Assembly: GCA_965140415.1 (NCBI GenBank) | Contig: OZ223209.1 | Location: forward strand, 2,592,001 to 2,656,000 | DNA: 64,000 nucleotides | DNA from: Myxococcota bacterium | GTDB taxonomy: Bacteria > Myxococcota_A > SURF-8 | Direction of reading: 5' to 3' | Shown: piece after piece, positions 15,224-25,772 of the stretch | Numbering within the stretch: the first letter of the stretch is position 1 | Layout of the letters: the number at the start of each line of letters is the position of its first letter | Translations under genes and position numbers: made by a program | The notes under the pieces: model-generated | The model's input: the letters and a program-made list of their open reading frames with translations, nothing else | What the model was told of the DNA's origin: nothing | The model's database searches: none

Positions 15224-18025
15224 ATGAGCAAGTACTTATCGATAGCGTTGTTCACCATGCTCCTGCTATTCACGATTGGGTTGCAAGCCTGCGATTCCGG
15301 CAGCGAAACCGAACCGGATGGAGACTGGCTGGATGGCGATCAAACGGATGGCGATGACGAAAACTCCGAGGCGGATCTGGAAGAAGCTCCACAGGATGTG
15401 GCCCCTATCTTCAGCGAAGGCTGCCCGGTTCCGGGAAAAGCTTCTGTCGTTCTGTTGACAACCGAAGAACAAAAAATGCAAGGACCGGATGTCATCGGCA
15501 CGATTGGGGATGTGATGTTGATGAACGAAAAGGCGGCGTTTGTTATTTCCTCACCGGAAAACATCAATGCCTACTACTTGTATGGTGGCATCCTGGTTGA
15601 TGCTGTCGCGGTGGATGGCTGCCGGCAGGCGTCGCAGGAACGTTTTGAGGAGCTGGGGATTTTGTTCGGGATCTTGAAACTCAACGATTTCTCAAGTTCT
15701 ATATTGAGGGCGTTTAAAGGTGAGTCGGTTGAAATCATAAACGATGGTTCCGACGGAGAAGCTGCCATCGTGCGTGTCCATGGCAGCGACGATTTCTTCT
15801 GGCTTGTGGAAGACGAGTTGATTATTACTTCACTCAGTGAAGGAAAAACAAAGGGATTGAGTTCTCCTTTTGGTATGAATGTGACAGTAGATTATATTCT
15901 TCCTCCAGATTCCAACGTGTTGCAAATCGATCTTACCTTGGCTAATCAAAATAATGAGAGGTTGTCGTTATTGGCTGCAACGGAATTGATGTTTGGTGAT
16001 ACGACTCCGGTTCGTTTTTATTCGGATTCTGATATCAGCGCAGGAGGCTTCACGCTACAGCAGGGGGTTCCATGGCTTGCCGCAAGTGGTGGAGATGGAG
16101 CTTGGGCTTTTGCAATGAAAGATGCCAGTATGGCCACCACCAATATTTCCGGTGTGACGGTGCTTCTCGACCTTAACCAGGCACTGTCTTCTTCGCTGAA
16201 TCTGGCTCCTGCTGGGGATGAGAAAGATACGGCGACGGTAACCTACTATTTCAGTGTCGGTCCGACCGACGCCAACAGCGCAACGAAAGATCTAGCCAAC
16301 TACAATTCCGAACCGATCCCCGATATGCCCTACACCTTGGTTGCAATCGAGGGAAGCGTTGTCGATAAAGACAGTGGAGATCCCCTAGGGGATGTGCTTG
16401 TAGAAGTCCAGGCGCAAAATGGAAATGATGTGTGGTATCCGTTGGATAGTTTCTATACCGATGAGAATGGACTTTTTAGAGGCGAAATCCCTGATTTCGG
16501 CGAAAAAAGAATGCCCTTGCGTTTGCAAGCTTCTTCACTGGGGCGTCCTGATCCAGATGCGATGACGATCGATCTTGATAGCGTATCTTCCTATAACATC
16601 GAAATGGGAGATGGCGGTACGTTGAAGCTTGACCTGAAGAACGAATCCGGTTCTTCGATTCCGGCCAAGGTGTTGCTGTGGCAGGATGATAAAAACGTCC
16701 GGCGCATTTTCTCCGTTACGGGTGATGAATCAATTCTTGTAGAACCTGGAGAGTATCAGGCTTCGGTTTCTCGCGGTCCCGAATATTCCTATTACGAAAC
16801 GACGTTGAGTATCGATGCCAATGACACCACCACATTGAGTGTCACGGTGGAGCATCTTATCAATACCGATGGTTTTATGTCCGCAGATGCGCACTGTCAT
16901 GCTGGTCCTAGTCCGGACAATACCATTTCCATTCCGGAACGGATTCGAACCGTTGCGGCCGAAGGTTTGGAAGTGGTTGTTGCCACCGATCATGAATACG
17001 TGAACGACTGGTACTGGGGGGTAGAAGAGAACTATCTGTCCGACTGGGTTGCCACTGTTGTGGGTCAGGAAGTGACGGCCAGTTTGCCCAATCATACCAA
17101 CATGTACCCTGTCGAGCCGGATTATACCGTCAATGCGCGAGGTGGATTTGTTGAATGGTATGGACTGGATATTGCGGAAATTTACGCAGCGGAACGTGCT
17201 AGGGGAGCGGAAATTGTAGGATTGAATCATCCTCGCAAAGGAAACTATATGAGTTTGATCGAGTACAACTATGAGACCGGCGAACCGGATATGACCGATC
17301 CAACTCGGCTTGGTTTCGAATCGGACGCCACTGTCTGGAGTTGGGATTTCGATACGGTCGAATTGATGAATGGACCCGATTATATTTTTCGGAATGAACA
17401 GAATCCGCACAAATACGGAACCTTCAACGACTGGATGAGCTTTATCAACTTCGGTCATTCCATCACGGCAGTTGGCGTTTCCGATGCTCATAATTACGGT
17501 ATGCCGGGGTATCCGCGCAGCTATTTCGTTTCATCCACGGACAATCCCTCTCAATTTGACGAAGCGGAACTGGTCAGCGCCATGAAAGAGGGGCGAATTC
17601 TGGTGTCCAATGGCGCATTTGCTCGCGTGCTGATCGATGGCGAGGCGGAGATGGGGGATACGATTATGGACACCGATGGTGAAATCGACTTGTACCTGCA
17701 TATCGAGGCGATTCCCGAGATCGATGTCGATTACTTCAAGGTGTATGTCAATTGCGATCAAGTGCTCAATCTGGCGACGACCGCACCGGACGAAGTCATT
17801 AAATACGATGACACGATTAAGGTGACAATTGATCAGGACAGTCACATCGTCGTGCTTGGTTTTGGCGATGGGGAGATTCCGAAGGCACTGAAAGATTACG
17901 ATCCCGTTGGCAGACCGCGCTTCGTCACAAACCCGATTTTCATCGATTACGATGGAAACGGTGCTTTCGATGCACCGGGTGGGAAAACCTGCACCTACGA
18001 TTTGCAGGGGCCAGAAGGATTGTAA
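15224..18025 (+). CDS. Lipoprotein, CehA/McbA-family PHP-like metallohydrolase
   Basis: Lipobox LQAC; DAHCH, ATDHE, GQEVT..HTN, NHPR, VGVSDAH. Confidence 0.8.
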   Translation: MSKYLSIALFTMLLLFTIGLQACDSGSETEPDGDWLDGDQTDGDDENSEADLEEAPQDVAPIFSEGCPVPGKASVVLLTTEEQKMQGPDVIGTIGDVMLMNEKAAFVISSPENINAYYLYGGILVDAVAVDGCRQASQERFEELGILFGILKLNDFSSSILRAFKGESVEIINDGSDGEAAIVRVHGSDDFFWLVEDELIITSLSEGKTKGLSSPFGMNVTVDYILPPDSNVLQIDLTLANQNNERLSLLAATELMFGDTTPVRFYSDSDISAGGFTLQQGVPWLAASGGDGAWAFAMKDASMATTNISGVTVLLDLNQALSSSLNLAPAGDEKDTATVTYYFSVGPTDANSATKDLANYNSEPIPDMPYTLVAIEGSVVDKDSGDPLGDVLVEVQAQNGNDVWYPLDSFYTDENGLFRGEIPDFGEKRMPLRLQASSLGRPDPDAMTIDLDSVSSYNIEMGDGGTLKLDLKNESGSSIPAKVLLWQDDKNVRRIFSVTGDESILVEPGEYQASVSRGPEYSYYETTLSIDANDTTTLSVTVEHLINTDGFMSADAHCHAGPSPDNTISIPERIRTVAAEGLEVVVATDHEYVNDWYWGVEENYLSDWVATVVGQEVTASLPNHTNMYPVEPDYTVNARGGFVEWYGLDIAEIYAAERARGAEIVGLNHPRKGNYMSLIEYNYETGEPDMTDPTRLGFESDATVWSWDFDTVELMNGPDYIFRNEQNPHKYGTFNDWMSFINFGHSITAVGVSDAHNYGMPGYPRSYFVSSTDNPSQFDEAELVSAMKEGRILVSNGAFARVLIDGEAEMGDTIMDTDGEIDLYLHIEAIPEIDVDYFKVYVNCDQVLNLATTAPDEVIKYDDTIKVTIDQDSHIVVLGFGDGEIPKALKDYDPVGRPRFVTNPIFIDYDGNGAFDAPGGKTCTYDLQGPEGL

Positions 18026-18175
18026 AATACGGTGGGCAGAACTCTTTCTGCATACTTTGTTCATATTCCGTCACAATACTACAAAATCCTTGAAGGGGGA
18101 GGCGGGTTGTATTACACTCCCGGCTTATTGGTTGTGTCCCAATCCTATGTTTGCGGGTGAGGAAAAGAGGCTTAA

Positions 18176-20326
18176 ATGGCATCGAAGCTTGAAGATAAAG
18201 ATATCGTGAAAACGGAAAATCGTGTGGATTCTTCGACAGCGACGGAATCTGGTGTGCCGCCCAATTTCATTAAAGAAATCATCCAGGAAGATCTGGTGAG
18301 CGGAAAAAATAAAGGGCGAGTCGCCACGCGTTTTCCTCCCGAACCGAATGGCTATCTGCATATTGGCCATGCGAAAAGCATCTGCTTGAATTTCGGTCTG
18401 GCCAAGGAATTCAATGGCACCTGTAATCTGCGTTTCGACGATACCAATCCCGTTAAAGAGGATGTGGAGTACGTGGATTCAATCATGGAAGATATCCACT
18501 GGCTGGGCTTTGACTGGGAAGATCGCCAGTATTATGCCTCAGATTACTTCGAGCAACTCTATGAAATGGCTGTAAAGCTTATCAAAGACGGCAAGGCCTA
18601 TGTCGACGATCTGAGTGATGAAGAAATCAAGGAATACCGGGGTAATTATTACAAAAAAGGGAAGCCCAGTCCGAACCGGGATCGTTCGGTCGAGGAAAAT
18701 CTGGATCTGTTCCAGCGCATGCGCGCTGGAGAATTCAAAGATGGCGAAATGGTTCTGCGCGCCAAGATCGATGTCAATGCTTCGAACATGAACATGCGCG
18801 ATCCGCTTATGTACCGTATCCGGCATGCAAGCCATCACAGGACCGGCGAAAAGTGGTGCATTTATCCGATCTACGATTTCGCTCACGGCCAGTCGGATGC
18901 CTTGGAAAAAATCACGTATTCGCTGTGTTCGTTGGAGTTTCAGAATCATCGGCCATTGTACGACTGGTTCGTCGAAACGATTGGCGGATTCGATCCGCCG
19001 CCGCGCCAAATTGAATTTGCTCGGCTGAATCTGAACTACACGGTGCTAAGCAAACGAAAACTGCTGGAACTGGTACAGGGAGGTCATGTTTCCGGCTGGG
19101 ACGATCCCCGAATGCCTACCATTTGCGGTCTTCGTCGACGCGGATACACGCCAGAGTCGATTCGCGAATTTGCGGAGCGGATCGGTGTGGCCAAGGCGGA
19201 CAGCATGGTGGATATGGCCTTATTGGAGCACTGCCTGCGCGAAGATCTTAACGATCATGCCCCGCGCGTCATGGGTGTGCTGAATCCGTTGAAGGTCACT
19301 ATCACCAATTACCCTGAAGGTCAGGTCGAAGAGTTCGATGCTCCCTATCATCCTGAAGCGCCGGAGATGGGCTCTCGCAAAGTGCCGTTCAGTCGGGTTC
19401 TGTATGTCGAACGGGATGACTTCAAAGAAGAGGCTCCGAGAAAATGGTTCCGCCTGGCTCCTGGTAAGGAAGTACGCTTGCGCTATGCCTGTCTGATCAC
19501 TTGCAACGAAGTGATTAAAGACGAGCAGGGCGAAGTCGTGGAATTGCGTTGCACCTGGGATCCGGAAAGCCGGGGAGGAACGTCGCCAGATGGGCGCAAA
19601 GTAAAAGGTACCTTGCACTGGGTAAGCGCCGAACATGCGATTGAGGCGGAAGTCCGTTTGTATGATCGCTTGTTCTCCAACCCGAATCCGATGGATTCCC
19701 CTGAAGGGGAGGATTGGAAACAGGGTTTGAATCCCGATTCGCTGACCGTGCTGAACGGTTGTAGGCTTGAACCGAGTTTAGCTACGGCAAAGCCGGGCGA
19801 GCGGATGCAGTTCGAGCGCTTGGGCTATTTCTGTGTGGATTCAAAAGATTCGAGCGAGGAACATCTGGTGTTCAACCGAGCGGTCACACTTCGTGACAGT
19901 TGGGCGAAAATCGCGGAGAAATCAAGTAAAAGCAAAAACCCACCAAAGGCGAAAGAGAAATCAACATCGAAAAAGGCGCAGGACGCTCAAGCAACGGAAA
20001 TCATTACCATTGATGATTTCAGCAAATTGGATTTGCGGGTAGGGCAGATTGTCGAAGCCGGTTTGGTGGAGGGCGCAGATAAATTGCTGCGCTTGATGGT
20101 GGACCTTGGGGAAGCCGCGCCACGGCAGATTTTCTCTGGAATTCGCGCGAGTTATCCTCAACCGGAGGTGCTTGTCGGCAAACAGGTTATCGTGGTGGCG
20201 AACCTGAAGCCGCGCAAAATGAAGTTCGGCGTAAGCGAAGGCATGGTGTTGGGTGGTGGCAAAGGGGATCGTTTCTTCGTAACCCGTTTCGATGGTGAAT
20301 TGATACCCGGAGATAAAGTATCCTGA
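18176..20326 (+). CDS. glnS: Glutamine--tRNA ligase with C-terminal Trbp111/MetRS-type tRNA-binding OB domain
   Basis: [35 protein letters not shown]; tail [14 protein letters not shown]...[18 protein letters not shown]. Confidence 0.95.
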   Translation: MASKLEDKDIVKTENRVDSSTATESGVPPNFIKEIIQEDLVSGKNKGRVATRFPPEPNGYLHIGHAKSICLNFGLAKEFNGTCNLRFDDTNPVKEDVEYVDSIMEDIHWLGFDWEDRQYYASDYFEQLYEMAVKLIKDGKAYVDDLSDEEIKEYRGNYYKKGKPSPNRDRSVEENLDLFQRMRAGEFKDGEMVLRAKIDVNASNMNMRDPLMYRIRHASHHRTGEKWCIYPIYDFAHGQSDALEKITYSLCSLEFQNHRPLYDWFVETIGGFDPPPRQIEFARLNLNYTVLSKRKLLELVQGGHVSGWDDPRMPTICGLRRRGYTPESIREFAERIGVAKADSMVDMALLEHCLREDLNDHAPRVMGVLNPLKVTITNYPEGQVEEFDAPYHPEAPEMGSRKVPFSRVLYVERDDFKEEAPRKWFRLAPGKEVRLRYACLITCNEVIKDEQGEVVELRCTWDPESRGGTSPDGRKVKGTLHWVSAEHAIEAEVRLYDRLFSNPNPMDSPEGEDWKQGLNPDSLTVLNGCRLEPSLATAKPGERMQFERLGYFCVDSKDSSEEHLVFNRAVTLRDSWAKIAEKSSKSKNPPKAKEKSTSKKAQDAQATEIITIDDFSKLDLRVGQIVEAGLVEGADKLLRLMVDLGEAAPRQIFSGIRASYPQPEVLVGKQVIVVANLKPRKMKFGVSEGMVLGGGKGDRFFVTRFDGELIPGDKVS

Positions 20327-20408
20327 CCGGTTGAAAGCGACTTGTATTCATAAGTTAAATCAGCATCATTAACTCCTGAAGAATCGGTTAGGGGTGGGGA
20401 ACTGGAAT

Positions 20409-20570
20409 TGTCCCATGAAACAGGACATTTCCGAGGTGTGGGATATCTCCAATCCTATACTTTTCCTCCGGAAGATTATACCTGGCAAACAATTGAAAGT
20501 AATAGAAAAAACAGAAGCATATGGCGACTCAAAAATCGCTTCCTGTCGTTCTGTCCAATTATTGTGGACA
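20409..20570. promoter_or_regulatory. Two TGTCC-N9-GGACA palindromes (putative bEBP enhancer sites)
   Basis: 20409-20427 and 20552-20570, identical geometry, upstream of a sigma54 motif. Confidence 0.55.
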
Positions 20571-20753
20571 GGACAGGCTCCAATCTCGATGAAAGATTCC
20601 ACTTTTTTAAGACTCGTTGCGTTTGAACAAAAATCATAAATTCTTTCACTATCGTCTTGAAAAATGACCACTCCTTTGTAACTGTTTGTAAATATAGGAT
20701 AAAAACAGGAAATGTTAGTTGTTCTGTGAAATCGTCTGCGTCTTTGTGCTATT

Positions 20754-20769
20754 TGGCATCGTTGTTGCA
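20754..20769 (+). promoter_or_regulatory. sigma54 (-24/-12) promoter
   Basis: TGGCATCGTTGTTGCA; GG-N10-GC spacing is exact. Confidence 0.7.
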
Positions 20770-20780
20770 ATGTTAAGAAA

Positions 20781-21288
20781 GCGTTGTGTTTGAGATGGCT
20801 TCGGGCCTCGGATCTTTTCAAGTTATGGTTCTTGTTGGTGTGCTTCTGCCGGATAGAAGATGAATGTGAACAAGTGGAAGTGGCTATCCGAGGTAATTCC
20901 GGAGGAGCAAGACCGTTTGTTATTTGAAAATCAATGCAACCCATGCCGCCGATTTCTCATCCTTGATCTGCAATGGCGGCTTCCGGCAACCGGTTGAAAC
21001 GGCGTTTTAACCTGGGACAAGTTCCCGCCAGCCATCCTCGATGCAGGATAGTGGCGGGAACGATCGCCGGTGGTAAGGGTATCCACTGCCCTAGAGTTTT
21101 CATCTGAGCTCGAACATCAGGCAGTGGATTGCCTTTCATCATCATCAAAGAGCCGGGTTTCCCGGAGGCGTAATCCGCCAGGATGCGTCTACACCACACT
21201 CTTAATCATATCAATTTTCATTTCGGATTTTTTTCATCTCCCATCCTCCTCCTTGCGACGGGCTTTAACCCGTCGCCATTTCTATTTT
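20781..21288 (+). ncRNA. Putative ~500-nt structured non-coding RNA of unknown family
   Basis: Between the sigma54 motif and a terminator; several 7-10 bp nested helices with G-U pairs favouring the + strand; no convincing + strand ORF. Confidence 0.55.
21255..21288 (+). terminator. Intrinsic terminator
   Basis: GCGACGGG-CTTTAA-CCCGTCGC followed by CATTTCTATTTT. Confidence 0.6.
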
Positions 21289-21327
21289 ATGTACGAAAAC
21301 GAAAGCAGAAGATGAGAGCTTGATTGG

Positions 21328-22599
21328 CTACTTAAGCAGATACCAGAGAAAGGCGGAGACGATTGCAAGCCCTGCTAGATATAGCAGATGTTTTAGAGTT
21401 GCATTCTTGTTCGCACTAGGATTGCTATCGAATTCGCTGCTTTGCGGTTCTTGGGAGTTCGTATGAGGTTCAACTTCGTGAGAACTACTATTTGTACTCA
21501 TTTCCTTGTTGGACTTTTGGTCTTTTGCAAGATTCGCATTCAATGTCATGCGCCAGATTTCCCCATTTCCAATATACTGGATTTCATTTGAACTGGATAA
21601 TACCAGCGGCCAGAAGGGTTTACCTGGTGTTGTCATCAGCTTGGCGGCTTGCGCGGGAAAGGAACTGAAGATTGCGGCATGTCCATTTGCATCGCCGAAA
21701 AAGACAAACTTGCTATCTTCGCTCCATAGCGCATGCGGGGAGAGAAAAGGCAACTCTTCTCCTAGATGTGGAGGGAGATTTTTAAAAAAACTCCAACCGG
21801 CTGGTTTATCCGCCGCTATTTGGATGACCGATCCTTCCAGCAATACACGTAGTGGTTGATCTTCATTTTGATCGATCTGTATGAGGCTGACTCGCGTGGC
21901 TCCCTCTCCACTGATGAGCAGGCTCCTTCCATCAGGCGAGGGCCACATGCGTTTCATTGCAGAGTCAAGGGAAAGTGTGTGCGTGTAAGATTGTGCTTCC
22001 GTATTTGTTAGCAGTGTCAAACGGTCGCCATCCAAGATTACAATACGATCTCGCAACTGTACCAGATCCGCCAACGAGGGGGATTTGTATTCTATCGGTG
22101 ATGTGACATTGCCGCTTTCATCGCAGGTCAAAATCGTGGTTTTACCGTTTGGATCGTTGGGGTTTGCACAAGCCAATAAAATACGATTCTGTTGCGCCAA
22201 ACCCAACGAAAGGATTGATGCATTAGGTAAGTCTTTAAGAAGATCCTGTGATTTAAAACGCCGAAATTCTTCAAGGTTGATGCTGTATAACCAGATCAAG
22301 TCTCCGTTTTCCGGATCGAGTGCGGCGACTCGTTCTTTTAAGAAAACGGGCAGTGGAATGTCATGTGAGTCGTGAGCAAGTGAACCCTTGGGCCAGGCGG
22401 CTAGCAAGTTGCCATTTGTTGCATCATGAAGTGTAATGCTGCTTTGCCAGGCCGTAAGTAAGCCGTGCGGAGAGAGGTGTTGGTGGCGAGGGGCAGGGGA
22501 CTGGCTCAGTCGGTCCGATAACTGCAAGCTTGCTTGCAACTGCGGCTGACCGCGCATGGCGGGTTTGAGTTCAATCGACTGGTTTTGCTCCGATGACAC
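21328..22599 (-). CDS. WD40/beta-propeller-like protein with C-terminal TM anchor
   Basis: WPSPDGRSLLI and ALWSEDSKFVFFGD blades; terminal hydrophobic helix. Confidence 0.55.
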   Translation of the reverse strand: MSSEQNQSIELKPAMRGQPQLQASLQLSDRLSQSPAPRHQHLSPHGLLTAWQSSITLHDATNGNLLAAWPKGSLAHDSHDIPLPVFLKERVAALDPENGDLIWLYSINLEEFRRFKSQDLLKDLPNASILSLGLAQQNRILLACANPNDPNGKTTILTCDESGNVTSPIEYKSPSLADLVQLRDRIVILDGDRLTLLTNTEAQSYTHTLSLDSAMKRMWPSPDGRSLLISGEGATRVSLIQIDQNEDQPLRVLLEGSVIQIAADKPAGWSFFKNLPPHLGEELPFLSPHALWSEDSKFVFFGDANGHAAIFSSFPAQAAKLMTTPGKPFWPLVLSSSNEIQYIGNGEIWRMTLNANLAKDQKSNKEMSTNSSSHEVEPHTNSQEPQSSEFDSNPSANKNATLKHLLYLAGLAIVSAFLWYLLK

Positions 22600-22607
22600 G
22601 CCAACTC

Positions 22608-23942
22608 CTAACGCTTTAACAGAGTATCGATCAATTGCTTGTGATTTTTAGGGAAAGCGCTGCCGGAATAGGCGATTTTTCCATCCGGTCCCACAATCAG
22701 GTTCAATGGCATTGCCACCGCGCCCAGCCGTTCCACCAGGCTTTCTTCCACGTCCATTACAACCGGGTAGTTTAACTTCTTTTCAGAAACGAAGGAAGCC
22801 ACGCGCTCGGGAGTATCCAGCACATTGATGGAAAGCAAAACGACTTGATCGTCATTACCGTATTGCGCTTCGAACTGTTTGACCAAAGGAATTTCCTGTA
22901 CACATTCTTTGCACCAGACTCCCCAGAATGGCAGATAAACGACCTTGCCGCGCAAGTCTTTCAAGTTAAAAACTTTGGGCTTGTTTTCTGGTGTAGTCGT
23001 TTCCGCTTCGGATTCCGCTCGATAGCTGAAATCAGGTAAAGTCTGACCGACTTCAAGTGTTTTTACGGCGGGTGCGCCTGTGTCTGAAACGGATATGATG
23101 CGGTAAAGTTGGGCCTCTTTGCCTGCCTGTGTTGTCCCTAGAATACCGCCGAAATAGGCTGCTTGATACATGTAGTAACCGAACATGCCGACGATAACCG
23201 CCAAAAACACCAGTTTGACCGCTTGAGCTACATTTCCTTTGGTGCGCAATCGAGTCGCCATTGTTGCCGAAGCTCCAGCAACGACCATCAAAGTGGCCAG
23301 TCCCATGGCGTATACGAACATCAATGCCACACCATAGCCGACAGCTCCGACTTTGGCGACGTACGTCAGCACCAAAGCGATTACAGGAGCAGTACAGGGA
23401 CCTGCTAAGATACCGGAAATAAAGCCGAAAGCGAAGGTCGTGGCTCCGCCGCCTCCTTGGGTGCTGCTGTACCAGCGCACTGCACGACGCAGAATTCCGG
23501 GTTGTTCTCCGCCTTGGAAAGCCCAGTTCTGAATCGAAGCTCCAGGATCGACTCGGTCGCCTTTCCATAGCCACAGCGCCAATAAAGCCATCAGGGCGGC
23601 TAATACGATGTATGCAATGGGAGAACTTGCCAGAGTGCCGAAAACCGCTTTGCCGGAAAGGGCGGCGACCAGTCCTAAAATTGAAAACATGCTCGCCAGA
23701 CCGAGAGCATAGAATAAGCCCATCAGCAAGGCACGCCCTTTACTGGTAACGGTTTCAATCATTTTGCCATCGACGAATTCCCGTTTGCGGGCGGAGGCGG
23801 TAATCGTTCCAACTGCAACGGGAAATAGTGGCAGGACGCAAGGCGTAAAACTGGTCATGATTCCGGCAAGATAAACAAGAATAAATGCCAATGCCGGAGA
23901 TCCGGCCAGAGCTGCCTCGAATTGTTGAGTGATGGCTTCCAT
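22608..23942 (-). CDS. CcdA/DsbD transmembrane domain fused to TlpA-like thioredoxin (DipZ-like)
   Basis: TSFTPCVLP, AGPCTAP; FWGVWCKEC; AMPLNLIV. Confidence 0.88.
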   Translation of the reverse strand: MEAITQQFEAALAGSPALAFILVYLAGIMTSFTPCVLPLFPVAVGTITASARKREFVDGKMIETVTSKGRALLMGLFYALGLASMFSILGLVAALSGKAVFGTLASSPIAYIVLAALMALLALWLWKGDRVDPGASIQNWAFQGGEQPGILRRAVRWYSSTQGGGGATTFAFGFISGILAGPCTAPVIALVLTYVAKVGAVGYGVALMFVYAMGLATLMVVAGASATMATRLRTKGNVAQAVKLVFLAVIVGMFGYYMYQAAYFGGILGTTQAGKEAQLYRIISVSDTGAPAVKTLEVGQTLPDFSYRAESEAETTTPENKPKVFNLKDLRGKVVYLPFWGVWCKECVQEIPLVKQFEAQYGNDDQVVLLSINVLDTPERVASFVSEKKLNYPVVMDVEESLVERLGAVAMPLNLIVGPDGKIAYSGSAFPKNHKQLIDTLLKR

Positions 23943-23972
23943 TGATGCGAATCCTCGTATTTGATTACGGAC

Positions 23973-24911
23973 TTAACTCCAAATGATCACTTCACGCTGC
24001 AATTCAATTCCAAATTGCTTGAAAACAGCGGATTTCATTTGTTCGGACAGCGTTACAATATCGTCGAAACTGGCATTACCTCGGTTAATGATAATATTGG
24101 CGTGACCGGCAAAAACGCCTGCCTGGCCGACTGTCATCTGCTTCGCTCCAACTTGATCCAGAAAAGCTCCCGCAGCTTGCCTGCGAGTGGCATTGGAGGT
24201 CGGTTCGATATTGCGGAAAAAGGAGCCTGCACAGGGCGTGCGTCGCCAGTCGGGGTGTTTGGATCTTCGCAGCGCCATGATATCGTCGATACGTTGCTGA
24301 GAGACAGACCGGTTGCCGGGTTTGAGCTTCAAGGTGGCTTCCAATATGATTTCGCCACTGCTTTTGAACCGACTTTCCCTGTAAGCGAAGCCACATTCCG
24401 CTTGGCTGAGCTGTTGAGTTTCACCGTTGGGAGCCAGAACGCGAAGTGATTCGATGACATCTCCCACCTGCTCGCCGAATGCTCCCGCGTTGCCGTAAAT
24501 TGCGCCACCGAAGGTTCCTGGAATTCCGGCTGCAAACTCGAAGCCTGTCAAGCTTGCTTGAACGGAGGTCAAAGCTAAGGCATGAAAATCAACTCCGGCT
24601 GGTGCAGTGATCTGATTTTCATCGATTTTGATCGCGTTCTCGGGTGAATGGAAGACGATAACCAGACCATCATACCCTTTGTCAGCAACCAGCACATTGC
24701 TGCCGCCTCCCAATAATTTCCATGGGATGGACGCTTTTCTTAGAATCTCGGCAAGTTCAAGCAGAACCTCCGGGTTGGCCACTTCGATCAAGGCGCTGGC
24801 AGGGCCACCGATTTTGAACGTGGTATAGCTTGAAAGGGGAACGTCGTATTGAATTTTCGACTGCAATTCCGCTGGAATTGCTTGCTGCAACTGTTCGTTT
24901 AACCGGCTCAC
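23973..24911 (-). CDS. murB: UDP-N-acetylmuramate dehydrogenase
   Basis: TTFKIGGPA, LGGGSNVL, GIPGTFGGAIYGNAGAFG, FAYRES, AGSFFRN, HANIIIN. Confidence 0.95.
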   Translation of the reverse strand: MSRLNEQLQQAIPAELQSKIQYDVPLSSYTTFKIGGPASALIEVANPEVLLELAEILRKASIPWKLLGGGSNVLVADKGYDGLVIVFHSPENAIKIDENQITAPAGVDFHALALTSVQASLTGFEFAAGIPGTFGGAIYGNAGAFGEQVGDVIESLRVLAPNGETQQLSQAECGFAYRESRFKSSGEIILEATLKLKPGNRSVSQQRIDDIMALRRSKHPDWRRTPCAGSFFRNIEPTSNATRRQAAGAFLDQVGAKQMTVGQAGVFAGHANIIINRGNASFDDIVTLSEQMKSAVFKQFGIELQREVIIWS

Positions 24912-25139
24912 GTCGTCTCCTGATAGTCGTTCTCATCCGCTCGGAAATATAATTCGCACAGTGTAGAGCAAGCGTGGCGAAATCGCAAGAGCATCTGGTT
25001 GGAATGGTTGGACAAGTGCGGAAACGACGAACCGATTTTAAGTTCGCAAATGCCCCTTGGTCTTGAATGCAAGCAAGGCTTGATATGTCTTTAAATTACA
25101 AGTCGTTAACGACTGTTACAAGCAGGTTATGCGGGTTGC

Positions 25140-25466
25140 TTATTGATTGATCGAAAACAGATAGCCCACTCCACGTACCGATTTGATGCGTCGTGGATTG
25201 CGGCCATTGTCGTTCATTTTTTTTCGCAGTTGGGAAACACGCAGATCGATGGATCTGTCAAACCCGTTATATGGGATACCTCGCAGTTCTTCGCAGAGTT
25301 GATCGCGGCTTAGAATTTCTCCTGCGTGCAGCGCCATGAACTCCAACAGGTCGAATTCGGCGCTGGTGAGGGGAATCGGATTGCCGCCCAAGGTGGCTGC
25401 ACGGCTTTGAGGCGTAATATGGAGGGCTCCAATTGAAATGCTGTCCCGTTGTGCTTGATTCTGCAT
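25140..25466 (-). CDS. Stand-alone OmpR/RstA-type winged-helix DNA-binding domain (no receiver)
   Basis: LTSAEFDLL..AGEILSRDQL...DRSIDLRVSQLRKK...IKSVRGVGY; GAGG RBS before the ATG. Confidence 0.8.
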   Translation of the reverse strand: MQNQAQRDSISIGALHITPQSRAATLGGNPIPLTSAEFDLLEFMALHAGEILSRDQLCEELRGIPYNGFDRSIDLRVSQLRKKMNDNGRNPRRIKSVRGVGYLFSINQ

Positions 25467-25648
25467 GTTTTTTCCTCGTTACGCTTGACGGTCAATTCTT
25501 TATTATCCGGATACTTGCCTGGCGTGCCGTGCAGTCCGGATACACTTCCTATACAAAACAAGACAATTCAGTTCGCGGATTGTTACAATTGTCACAATAT
25601 TTTTATTGAACTTTTTTATCGCTGTTAGGCACTAAGTAATGTAAGTCC

Positions 25649-25673
25649 TACAATTCATTACAGAATCGATACA
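25649..25673 (+). promoter_or_regulatory. RstA-box-like direct repeats TACA-N6-TACA-N7-TACA
   Basis: TACA at 25649, 25659 and 25670, upstream of the EF-hand gene; a further pair at 25541/25552. Confidence 0.5.
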
Positions 25674-25772
25674 AACATCCATAAAAAAAGGTCGAATTCC
25701 TCTATGAGCAGGGAAGTGCACCCGGCGCAGGGACGGGCGCGTGATTTCGTTTCGTAATGAAGGAGGTGTTCG

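Noticed and set aside
20890-20915. Resemblance to RNase P RNA (GGTAA...GGAGCAAGACC)
   Set aside because: The universal GAGGAAAGTCC and AGAACCCGGCTTA elements are absent.
20369-20944. 191-aa minus-strand ORF
   Set aside because: No recognisable motifs or RBS; overlaps the sigma54 motif, palindromes and structured region on the + strand. Not fully excluded.
20917-20997. Possible 26-aa peptide (TTG start after GGAGGAG; contains CNPC)
   Set aside because: Weak start buried in predicted helices and no other support; ribosome profiling would be needed.
20781-21288. Retron msr-msd, group II intron or DGR explanation for the structured region
   Set aside because: No reverse transcriptase in the window and no domain V consensus.
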